Shown one piece after another: positions 27,301 to 38,460 of a stretch of 64,000 nt of DNA. Position 1 is the first letter of the stretch; every line of letters starts with the position of its first letter. The stretch is taken from contig NMRA01000184.1 in NCBI GenBank assembly GCA_002633005.1, positions 437,255-501,254 of the forward strand. Reading direction: 5' to 3'. The notes under the pieces were generated by a model. It saw only the letters and a list, made by a program, of their open reading frames with translations. It was not told the origin of the DNA and searched no databases. The DNA is from Phoronis australis (Eukaryota; Animalia; Phoronida). Both the position numbers and the translations under genes were made by a program.

Positions 27301-28187
27301 GATATAATTACGACAATGAGGTGACGAGAAGAACTACCCGGGCTGTATGAAATTCTGGGGTCTAACGGAGCGCAGCACACAGTGGTACCTAGCTGTATTT
27401 TGAGGATAGTCTTCGTACAGCTAGCTTAGGCTGGCTACAAGATCTGCAGTGCACACTTCGACGTCTCGTGTTACTGTTCCGGACCGAAGCGGGAATCCAG
27501 CCCAAATCGGAACATTCCAATTTGGACCATTCACGTATCTGAATTCTGATATGGGCGTTACACTGAATACAAATCTTTATAATTCGGTATATTTTCATGC
27601 ATTTGAGACTGCATAAGTTTTCATATCTTTGATACTTACAAATCGTGTTGCTATTAAATTTCCAATTCACCCACCCGGGATTCCCATACAGGACTGTATT
27701 AAAATGCGTGATAATTAATTGAATAAAGTTTCGAAGGTAATAATTTTGATCAATTTGAATGCTGACATGAAATGAATAATTAATTTATTTCCTTCATTTA
27801 CCACAGATTGTGCACTAAATTAAAAAGCCAGTCATTTTTGCATACTTTTGACATAAAATGATTAATCAGGATCCCATTTAATGACAAATGGCTAATAAAC
27901 AATAGAAAAGATTTAAGACTTTCGTCAAATCTTGTAATGTGTTCAGAACGTCCAGCCACACTCTAAGCGTCGTTAGAAGAGCAATTAGTCTACTCTTACA
28001 TGGTCCAGAAGTAGAAAGAAGTTAAGTTTAGGAGTCTCCAAGATCCCGATTTATTTTATGAGCATACAAGAGCAGGAAATTGTAATTCAATAAATTCTCT
28101 GAAGTAAGGTGAAAACACGTAAAAGAAGGCTGTCCGCTTCTTAAATGTCCAAACTGCCCAAGATACAGTGTAAACGACTTTACTCAC

Positions 28188-28471
28188 TTTACATTATTGT
28201 TGTTGCCACCAACACTTGTTGAGTCATTACTGGTGCAGTTGCTGTTACCATTGGTGACACTGTTAGAAAGCGGGGTTATGTGAATGGGAGTTGTCTTCTG
28301 ATTGACTGGCACAGTGATTGACTGGGAGGATCGCAACCTTTTGGCATGGTTCTTGCCCTGGTAGTGTTGTTCGGCTTGCTTGGGAGAGTTGAAGGAAGCC
28401 TCACATATCCGGCAGTAGACTTCGGGATTAATGTCTACAGTTGACTGACTAGTTGGTGGGCATGGGGGCTT
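28188..28471 (-). CDS. Coding exon of the ZMAT3/4-like gene (ZF2)
   Basis: Acceptor ttctttcag|AAG at 28471 (phase 0, matches the previous donor); donor AA|gtgagt after 28188 (phase 2). Encodes YCRICEASFNSPKQAEQHYQGKNHAKRLR, close to ZMAT3 ZF2 (YCKLCDASFSSPAVAQAHYQGKNHAKRLR, from memory). Confidence 0.92.
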
Positions 28472-29218
28472 CTGAAAGAAAGATGAAACCCAAATGTCAG
28501 CCCTCAATGCTCAATATAATTGATGTGAAGTAAATCAAAATAAAACAAAACTATATGCTTCATACCAAAAAGCTGTAGGCTAATGTTTTTCAACTTTGAC
28601 TGCAGTCAAGAAGGTCAAATGCACTCCCGTTGTAATAGAAAGTTGGTTTACTCGCACAGAACCCATAATACTAAATGTTATAGTAAAACAACCTAACCAT
28701 AAAGATGCTGCAAAAGAAAAATATACACCAAAGTCTCATGAGGTGCAGGTATACAATTATAAACATAATTATATATTTTACTAACTTTTGCAAAAATTCA
28801 ACAAATCTCGCACTAACGTTCTATAACTTTGAACATTAACAGAACCAATGAAGCTTCAGAAGTTACAATAAAATTTGAAGAAAACCATCACAAGTAAACT
28901 CTTGCAAAGTTTGCAATATTCTAGTATGTTTCCTTTTTTCGTTTTATCCTCACTCATTCCACTACAGGTAATGGTGGATACAAACCTCTGAAAGTGCCAC
29001 ACTTTACAAAAAGAAATGAAACAACCCCCCCTTGCAACATTTTTTCGGTTTTCAATATTGTACGTGTGATCACATATCGTAAAGTTGTGTCGCAGCGGAG
29101 CGAGCGTGTACTGCCTTTAATGTATTCATATGGGAAAGAAACCAATAAACCTGTCCAGATAAGCTGGCCACAACTTAACAATAGTTTATGACTTTCTAAA
29201 GCTGAAGGCTAATGTAGC

Positions 29219-29230
29219 ATGGATAACCAG
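29219..29230 (+). other. Possible upstream exon end of the nested gene (ATG GAT AAC CAG|gtgagt)
   Basis: Consensus donor CAG|GTGAGT at 29230/29231. Splicing to the acceptor at 30490 gives in-frame MDNQEFHVKMKTAII..., or this is a 5' leader exon. Confidence 0.35.
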
Positions 29231-30504
29231 GTGAGTATTTTGTTCTGAAAATTACCTGGATCCTGCATTGAGAATGGGCTCTCATCTACACTCAGTTAAA
29301 ACATTAAAATTTCCAATACTGTACAAATTACAAGTTAGATGACGCATTTCATAGTCAACTGGTAAACAATTCTTGAAAAACAGAGTAAAACAATTCAGTA
29401 CTAGGGGCCGTTTTTCTAGGTTACCTGATCCACTGGGTGGAAATGGATGAGAAGATCAGGTAATGAGGCGAGACGATGAGGTAACAGGTGAATTTTATTG
29501 AAAATTTGATAAATGGCTACCATCGTCCAAGTGTGACGACTATAAATTCAAGTACTAACAAGCTAAACCAGTTTACTGTTTTCTCTCAAGGGTTTAAACA
29601 ATTGTATAAGGTGGTTAGAAAAGTAAGACAGAGGAAGCCAGAAGAAATTGTCAAACAGGTATGCAATAAAAGTAAAATTAATTAGGTTCTTATGCATGAA
29701 ATCATGAGGAATCACAGTGACTTTAGCTATCAAACCATAGAGTAACAGTTTTATTTTAAAAAAATTGAAATTTTTTTCTAAAATTTCATAGAAAAGAAGA
29801 CAAGATCTTATGGCCAAAAGAGAAATCATATCATTCAGAGAATTTCTCGCTTACACATACATGATCACCCCTGAGATTCTCTTTGCCCTCAGAAAACTTT
29901 TATTACGATGCCTATTCAGCACGCTTTTTGTATTCACGCTAATGAAGCAGAAAGGTAATTACTAGCACTACTTTCTCAACAGTGGTGGTTTTTATTGCAC
30001 ACAAATTGGTTTTCTCTAACATTTGCACAGAGTTACAGCCAGAAGTATGGGTTTGATGACATTTTAGATATTACAGATTATCTAAAAAATGTAACTTAAG
30101 TTCATCTGTTGGTTTTAAATGTTTCATAACTACAGTTTATGGGCGGGTAATTACACTTAATTGGGTCTTTCTGGAGAATGTAGTCATCACCACTGCCACT
30201 GCACCCCCCTCGCATTCACTCCAAACAAGGCTGAAGCAACAACAGCCGTGACAATTCCCGCATATCTGTAGAAATGTGTATTCCTTGTAATTGAATTATT
30301 CACTACATGATTAAAGCCTGAAGAAAATACAGCGATATCATTTTTAAACTCACGTACCTACCTTCCAGTTAATTAAACTTGCAGTCGTACAACAAAACTT
30401 AATTCCATAAATACAAAACAATGACATGATGAGCACAAGAGAATGATAAGAGTTGTGCTTTTGTCTTTAAGTCAGGTTTGATTTTCCAGGAATTTCATGT
30501 GAAA

Positions 30505-30571
30505 ATGAAGACGGCCATCATCCCAATACTTCTTGTGGCAAGTCTTGCAACTGTGGACAGTCATCCCGCAG
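30505..30571 (+). CDS. Signal-peptide exon of a nested antisense secreted CBM14-like peptide gene
   Basis: aaaATG start; MKTAIIPILLVASLATVDSHPA has n/h/c signal-peptide architecture; donor G|gtagag (phase 1); upstream acceptor ttttccag| before 30490. Confidence 0.72.
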
Positions 30572-33500
30572 GTAGAGCACAATCTTACTTAGAAATCTGT
30601 ACTATGTCTTAGCCTACCGTAAATACCTGAATGCTAACAGTTTTTCAGTATTTGTAATATGCACATACGGAGAAATGGTTCTAGAAAATAAAAAATTTAA
30701 TACTGTGAAATTTCATCAAATTCAGACAAAATAATTGCCAAAAATGATATTTTTTCCTTTTCAATGGCTTTTTAATAGTCATGCAAGGACTTACACCCAT
30801 GTGTTTACAAATTATACCCCACCCTGAGCCTGATAATCTACAGACAGCGCTCTACCATACCCTTTGTTTTTCCAATGCAATAAACCTAATCTACTCGAAA
30901 TGATTATAGGGACAAAAGTTTATAACAAAGAAGTACAGGCACAAGGGCATGTCTCTTAATGTGAATAGGAAGGTTGCTTAGCTGGGGCATACTTATACTG
31001 TAGCCAGAATTCCTTTGATATCCTAAGAGACCATGCAGGGCAAAGCACCTCACCTAGCCTTGTCATGGTGTAGCAAGGTCTGTAAATGCTATTTCCATGT
31101 CCCATTGGTGTGAATGCCCAAAAGTTTTCAAAACTAATTGTCTGGTGGTAGTCATGGTACAAAACATGAATTATTATTTAGAGCTGCAGATGTTTCATAA
31201 AAAATGGAATAACAAAGTTTCACTTGTCGGTCATATTGTATCCTAAATTGGTGAAATTTTACTGTAGGCGACTTCATGGGGTCCGGCATCATTTGCCAAG
31301 CTGTAAAGCATTCCTTGTTTTAAAACGATGGCTAATTTATAAAACATTTGAATATTATCAGTTCATTTCAAATAACAGATTTGAAAAATGTTATTTTGAG
31401 TTGAGCTTCTATTAATATGGTGTTGAACAATAGCATGTGCCACAAACTTTCACGGTAACGTCATACTAAACATGAAAATGAACATAATATGGAGACCAGG
31501 AGCCAGGATTACACGAGGGATGGTTCGAATTTCTAAAACAGTGGACCTTTTGATGATATTTCGCAAAAATTGGCATCGACTCTCAGTCTATACCTTTTTT
31601 CTAGAGCGCCCCTAAGGAGCTAAAGAATGAGCAACGCAATAAATTTTCAACACATTATTGCTCAGAAATTCAAATGCAACAAGAGACAAGGTTATCGTAC
31701 ATTTAACTCATTATGTTGCAAGTTCCACTTTCAGTATTTAAACAACGAGATGCACATCAGGATAATAGGCTTCCTAATTTCATCTTCCTGGGGTTTGTCT
31801 TCCCAAAACAACACAATATAACCACCCTCTGGAGATGACATGACATAATCGCCCTCTAGTGAAATGCAGCTGTGTAACTGTGATTTTGAAACTGATGTGC
31901 TATTAAGGTCAACTGTGCACTCTTATGAAATGCTATATAAGAATAGTCGGTGAACCCCTTATTTTTTTCTTATTTCACAGAAAACACAGGAGGCTTCAAA
32001 TTAAAACACCAAAGAAAACATTCAATGGTCATACTTATTGGGATAAAGCCAAATGCTAAAAACTTGAGGTATTCAGAATCTAGAAAAGCGATATTACTTA
32101 GGTACATGCAAGATCAGTAAACTGCAAAATGCAATTAAAGCCGTTAATAGTGACATTGTGCAACAAAATTGACCAATTTTCTAAAATATGTCAATCATTA
32201 ATTAAGCCCAAGTTATATAGAGTATTAGCTTAGTGTTGATGTAAACTGTGAAGTTAACAGAATGTTTATACTAGCACACTAATGCACAATTAACACAACA
32301 TAACCAGTGACACCTGTTGTTAACAACAGCAATGGCCCCTACACATGACTTTGATGGACAACAAAGTTGAACATTCCCCATAATGCGATGCATCCACATT
32401 TTGCTAATACCGGTTAATCCAACTGTTTACTGTGAAGTAAGCTTGTGCTGTTAAAACTTCTATCAAAGATCAAACTTTAACGTTCCCACAGACTGATGCT
32501 CTTACTAAACACTTAAGTTTTAACGTTAGTGGGAAGGGAGTTTCCAGTAACCATCATCATATTTGCCAGAGGTGCCCGTTTTCACTGCAGTAACATAAAA
32601 AATAATTTTGTGACCCCTCTTTTGTTTTGCAGATTTGTAGTAGATGAAGACCAAAATACAAAATATTAAAAAATTTCAACATTAAATTAAAACTGTGTTG
32701 AATCCTTTAGTTTACAAACTTTCAGAAAGAAACATCCAACAATATCATAATTGAGACTAAAGTGCCATGCAATGCTCGTTATAGTATGGTTACTGTAGTA
32801 AATATTAAGTATTATAACAGATGTTTTTTTGAAATTTATGAGTTTTTCAAGTAATAAGGCATGACAAATCTGACCCCATAAATCAAGAGTAGCTAGTTTC
32901 AAACAATTTCCAAATGGCAACAGAACACTTCTGTAAAGGAATTGAGCAAAGTCAGTATTAATAATTTTGAAAATGTGGCGAACTTTCTTCGAATTCAAAC
33001 GCAAGTTATGATCAAAGTTATTGTAAATTTTCTACGAGAAATTTGACAAAAAAATCTTTTCTATCACTTTCTGTTTTATCATAGCAGATACTTCACCATA
33101 AACAGTGGTCTCCAATTCCTGTCTAATGATTCATCTAGTTTTTGAAACATCAGAAGCTCGGACAATTTTTTAACAAGAGCAGCTGTCGTTGCTGAGAAGC
33201 TTGTTTCTCAGTAATGCCCGTCTAAGGTTCTTTTGTGTGGAGCAGAACAATTACCGGATTACCGATGGCTTCACAACAACAGAGCAATGGTTGAAATAAA
33301 TTGAGATATCATGGACTAAAACTAATTTTTCCACCTGTTTGGTTTCTGGAATTGGATTCTTTGTAAAAAGTCAAGACCATTTTTAGCTGAAGAAATGCTA
33401 TAACAATTACAACTAAAAACTCACACTCTCTGAGTAGCACATTGGTTATTATTGTTCTTGGCACATGTTGTGTAACTCGTCTCAAGCGTAAGTAATGCTT

Positions 33501-33914
33501 TTTTTGGTTGACGAACCTTCATAGGCCAGATAAAAGGATAGGAAACCTCAGAAATTGATTTGGACGTCTGACATTTCCAGTTCTGGTGACCTCGCATTTC
33601 GTTTGACGACCTGGGAATTATACCAGGTCACCAAATGCTACTTGGCGTAGAGCTAAGTGTCAAGCCCTATTTGCTCTAAACTTTTGAAGAATGTCAAGCG
33701 TTAAAGAACATTACTTTTGTTCAGATAAGTGGATGGGAAAGCAGCTTTTATTGTACATTAATAGGCCAAAACGGTTTCCGTGTACTTTTAAGTGATACAG
33801 TCGAAAATCTCAGTTTCTCAAAGCACATGTCAGTTTCACTTTGTGCTTACTTCAGCTGTCTCAGTGCACATATTTCACTTGCCTTCAATTCACAAGCACC
33901 ATGCTGCCTCCATT

Positions 33915-34330
33915 CAGAACCCTAGAAAAATATCCAAATTTGGCTAACTTTGGCTTTATGATTAGTTCTCCAAAAAACTTGGGAATTGTTTTTAAAATCT
34001 TCCACTTCTGCATGAGGGGCTATCAAGTATATGACTTTTATGATCTTTGTGAAAAAACTCAAAAATTGAAAAAACCAAAAACAAATGGATACATTATTTA
34101 TTGTAATACAATTTTTGAGATTTCATCTTAGCATTTATATCAAATGAAATTTGGTCATATTATTGACACTAAGACATGGTCAAGTGACCCAATTAATGAC
34201 ATATTGGTAGAGTTAAAACTCAAATTCTACCGACTTTCTTCTTTCAGAAAATTTATATTTTTACTGTGTTAAAATCTAGTTTCGTACACACTTGGCTAAA
34301 CTGTTATCAGGTCCTGTACGCATTGCCTGC
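33915..34330 (+). mobile_element. Copy of the about 500-bp TTAA-type family (internally deleted)
   Basis: CCTAGAAAAA...TTTGGCTAACTT, CATGAGGGGCTATCAA, GTGACCCAATTAATG, CTTTCAGAAAAT. Edges approximate. Confidence 0.6.
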
Positions 34331-35284
34331 ATTCAGCCAAATAGCTACAAAACTAGATTTCAAAAAGTAAAATTCAATAAAATTTAGCAAAACAACATGT
34401 CAATGACATGACATTTCATTTCATAGAAATATTCAAAACGAAATTTCAGAAATGGTACTGTTTTCTAAACTATCATTTCGTTTTCATGACTAACCTTTTA
34501 TTTTTTTCATTAAAATCATGTTCTATTTTTGATAGTTCACCATGCAAAAAGCGGAACATTTTAAAATCAGTTCCCAACAGCCTTTCGGAGAACACTGCTT
34601 TAAGCAAAGTATCTGAAAATTTCATACAAGTCTGATAAGCCATTTATGAGAAATAACGTTTGCTTTCCCACCATCATCACGAGGGATTCCGATCTATCGC
34701 AACTCTACTTACCTTTCCCATTAACTGGAGACATCAGAGTTACCATTAGTTCTCTATTTAAACACCAGGTGGTGTATCCGAATCTCTCTCCAACTCATGG
34801 ATTTGAGATTAATAACTACCTCATACCATTTACAACAAATAACGCCAGACTAATCAGTGCTACTCTCTGTTGGATTTCTGTTATCTTACTCCTTTACCTG
34901 AGACTATTGAGAGCATGTCAGTGACAGTATGTTAAGTCTAATGTGACTGATGTCGCTACCTCTAGCGATTACTTCAGTCGCCCTTTACCAATGAAGCGGA
35001 GTGTTGCGCAACTACGCATTTGAATACACCTATTTTGAGAGGGACGGCGATGGCTGATAAAGTCTGGGAGTTGTGCTTTATCACAGAGCTAAACTCCACA
35101 AAAGAGGGAGTTGTGGTGTTAAGTTGGTGTGCAGTGATGCCTCTTCAATAACTAACCAGACAAAATGACCGACCAAAGGTAACGGAAAATCTCAAAAATG
35201 CCGAACACGAAACATATTTTCATTACCATGAAACCATTTGATCTGTGCTGTGAGCCAGCTTAAGTATCCTTACGATACTTTCAG

Positions 35285-35496
35285 GACCCCTTGCATGCGT
35301 TGACCTCAAGTCCCGCACTCGCTTCCAGGCCATCCGTGAAACTGAATGCAAGATGTTCTACATGCACTCTTTGGAACCCGGCAGCATTTGGTACAAGATG
35401 GACTGTCCGCCAGGACTTCAGTTCAACGTGAACAAGTGTAGATGCGACTATAAGCAGTCCAATTACTGCAAAAAGTTCTGTCCAACTTGCACCTAA
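35285..35496 (+). CDS. Terminal exon of the nested gene: divergent chitin-binding type-2 (CBM14/peritrophin-A) domain
   Basis: Acceptor tactttcag|GA (phase 1, in frame with 30571). Encodes GPLACVDLKSRTRFQAIRETECKMFYMHSLEPGSIWYKMDCPPGLQFNVNKCRCDYKQSNYCKKFCPTCT*, containing the CBM14 hallmarks C-x2-FY and CPxGLxFN...CD with C-x12-C-x7-C spacing. TAA at 35494-35496. Confidence 0.85.
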
Positions 35497-35734
35497 TGAC
35501 CTCGACACGCACCCAATGACCACCAGCAATGCGGAAGCTACACAATGACTGCCTTTGGGAACACTTATGGACTGTAGTGGAGAATTTCTCATTGTATAAT
35601 TGTTTCTGTCACTCAGTTTACATAGTACGTGGCTGTGCGTTAAAGAGTCGTCAAGTAATTTTAGCACGGAGCCCTGTTGGTGCCCAACTTATTTATAATG
35701 AAACAACGTTTTACTTTGAAGCTGTTACAGAACT

Positions 35735-35990
35735 GGGGTCCGCCCGTTCCAAGAAACTGACTTAAGTTCATTTTTGACTGAAGTCTAAGATATTTGTCTC
35801 AACTTCCAAACTTTGACCCTTCCACATCCGGTATGATAGTCAAACTTACGACAAAACTTACGTCAAAAACTTATGTCAAAATTAAGATTGTTTTCTTGGA
35901 ATGGACTTAAGACAAATTGAAGTTTTATCTTAAAATTGACTTAAATTTAAGATTTGTCCTAGCTAAGTCAGTTTTCTTGGAAGGGGCCCC
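35735..35990. mobile_element. PIF/Harbinger-like MITE
   Basis: Inverted ends GGGGTCC...TTCCAAGAAACTGACTTA / TAAGTCAGTTTTCTTGGAAGGGGCCCC with CTG/CAG at the boundaries; internal CAAAACTTA repeats. Confidence 0.65.
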
Positions 35991-37216
35991 AGCCTTTTTG
36001 AGTTAAGAACACAACACACCAACTTTACAGTGGTAAAAGAGGGCTGGCTCCAATAGTAAGGTGCCACTGAAGTTATCACAGTTTGATGGATGGGTAAATC
36101 ATAGGTAGGTATCACAAGATGATGCTAAAAAAACATTGAAGTACCTTATAAATGGCATGGTAAGAAATGAAATGAACTGCTTCTAGTTTTAGAATATGGT
36201 GAATACTTGAAAAAAAATCACCACGTAATACATGTGTAGTTATTGACAACTACAGTCCTGCCAATAACTGCGACAACACCAATACTTAAGCATCGATGCC
36301 TGCAGTTACGTCCATCAGACAGTTAAAAATTAGTTTGAGGTGTTGCAACTTTGATCCAGGAGAGAAGTAAACCTTTCACACAAACTGACACTCTCTAAAA
36401 CATCGATGCGTTGACGTTAGTGTGAAATTCCTTTTGCATTGCTCGTTGTTATACAATGAGTCTTAAATTGTTATTAATGTGTTCTTAACTCAGATGAGAA
36501 GAGCTTTCTGGGTGTGGGAACCACTAGCGTAATCTTGCCTAGAAACTAAACAAAATGCACTTTAGATTTTAGGTAAAACCGGTTTGAAACTCGCACAAAA
36601 TTGCCAATGGATGACTGAATTTGCATCTACACTATTGTCCCTGTGCGCGCACAACTACGTCATGCCATAGTGTTTACTACACAAAGCTATTATAACAAAT
36701 TGAAGTTTAGTTCGAGAAATTAATTTTTAAAAGGTGAGACCTGCGTAAGGGAATGAGGTCAGGTGCAATCAAATGAAGCAGAGCAAACTAAAAGAAAAAA
36801 CACAGNCCCCCCAACTCAAAATCTTGGATCTGCCCCTGTAGACTGTAACTAAATTTCAGCGAGAGGTTGTGGACAGCAGTTTCTATTGCAACAATCAACA
36901 ACCTGACAGTTATTAAGAGTCATTTTACTGTAAACAGAATTAGTCTGTCATCATGGGGAAATGGAATTTTGTCTGATTACTTTTGTCTTGAATTGTCCAT
37001 CAGTTCAGCCGGTCATCAGTAATGAAGATTGATAGAAATAGTTCACCATTGGAAATGCTGATTTCATTTGAAAATATGTAAAGCCAAATCACTCGATCAC
37101 TCCAAGTGTGAGAGCAACGGATTACGTAGTACATGCTGGGCAACTGTTTGAACATTTTTCTACAAAATACAACTCTGATACAGTACGGTTCACAAACATT
37201 TTGTCGAAGAGTGACA

Positions 37217-37542
37217 CAGGGACATTCCTGACCAGGTTCGAACCAGTGCCCTTTGGGCGCACCTGATGATAAAAAGTGTGCCCTTTTTCAAAACGTTGTT
37301 TCCAGCAGACATAGTGTAATTAAAGTGGTAACGTATAAAACAGAAACCCCAAGGGCAATCAAAATAAGAACAGGGTCATATTTTACCCGACTTGTTATAA
37401 GATGACTAGAACCTTGAATTTTTGGAGGAGTGTTGCATTTTAAAAGATGCCCCCATGGGGCGCACTGCTGCAACATACTTTTGCCTTTTTGATTTTTTTA
37501 AAGTGGTTTATGGCGCAAAGGCGCAGTCCAGGAATATCCCTG
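37217..37542. mobile_element. CAGGG-ended MITE with 6-bp TSD GTGACA
   Basis: TIR CAGGGACATTCCTG / CAGGAATATCCCTG; GTGACA at 37211-37216 and 37543-37548; subterminal GGCGCA and GTGCCC motifs. Confidence 0.75.
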
Positions 37543-37967
37543 GTGACACTTGGGCATCAACAGGACAGCTCTAGGATGGCTTTTGTTGAGTGGTGAATAA
37601 TCCACTTGGCTATGCTGCTCTTCGGCCCTTGCCGTCCTCCAAATTGCCATGTTGCTAGTTCCATGACTGTCCTGCAGATGTACTGAACTGGAAATCCTTA
37701 GATCTTACAATATTGTATGCAGTTGCTGCTCCACGATGATCAAGCACTTTTAGCACTAAAGTGTGGAGAAATGCTTATTAAGTTTCTGCTGACAATAAAA
37801 CGCTGATGACAAAGACAGCATAAAAAACTGTAAACCAAACAATTGTTCACTAAGCAGTAATGTCACTCTTAACGAAGTAAGATTTTTAAGCAGTAATTTT
37901 TCAATACTAAGACAGGTTCGTTTCCAAAAGACATTCTGTTCATTGAAAAAACAATTGTGTTAATTAC

Positions 37968-38460
37968 GGTTATGTAAAGACCACAGGAAAACGAATAAAT
38001 TTGGCTAACTAATGGGAAGATCATATCTCAGAAATGGCCGATCAAATTCAAATGAAACTTACAAGCACTATGCTTTGTGCAATGCTCTCCCAAAAGACTG
38101 TTAAGATTTGTTTTTAAAACGACACATTTTTACAAGAGGGGACACCAAAGCTAGAACTTTTATGATTTTTATGAAAACAAAAAATTGCACAAAATGAAAT
38201 GGATATTTAGAAATTTTAAGGTGAATTTCTGCAAATTAATCTTGAAATTTACATCAAACAAAACTTGGTCATGTCATGGATGCCATTATTTTGCCACAGT
38301 GTGTCTCTTTTTTGCCAAATTATATTGAAAGGCAATTGGTCACGTGACTGAACCACCAGCAGACCTAATCAATTAAGTAAAAATTCAAATTCTGCAGGCT
38401 TTATACTTTCAGAAAATAAAAAATGCACATACTGTCCTGTCGATAATGTTCTACACGACC
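37968..38460 (+). mobile_element. Copy of the about 500-bp TTAA-type family
   Basis: Starts GGTTATGT...TTTGGCTAACT; same internal motifs; ends GACC|TTAA. Confidence 0.6.

Noticed and set aside
26328-27702. CpG-richer block between TTAA sites as a discrete transposon
   Set aside because: Probably repeat-derived, but I could not verify TIRs or a second copy.
31981-32669. Possible extra + strand exons of the nested gene (31981-32068 and from 32633)
   Set aside because: The acceptors look good, but inclusion breaks the frame into the CBM14 exon or ends in a short featureless peptide; unsupported without transcripts.
35281-35667. 128-aa minus-strand ORF
   Set aside because: Shadow of the + strand CBM14 exon.
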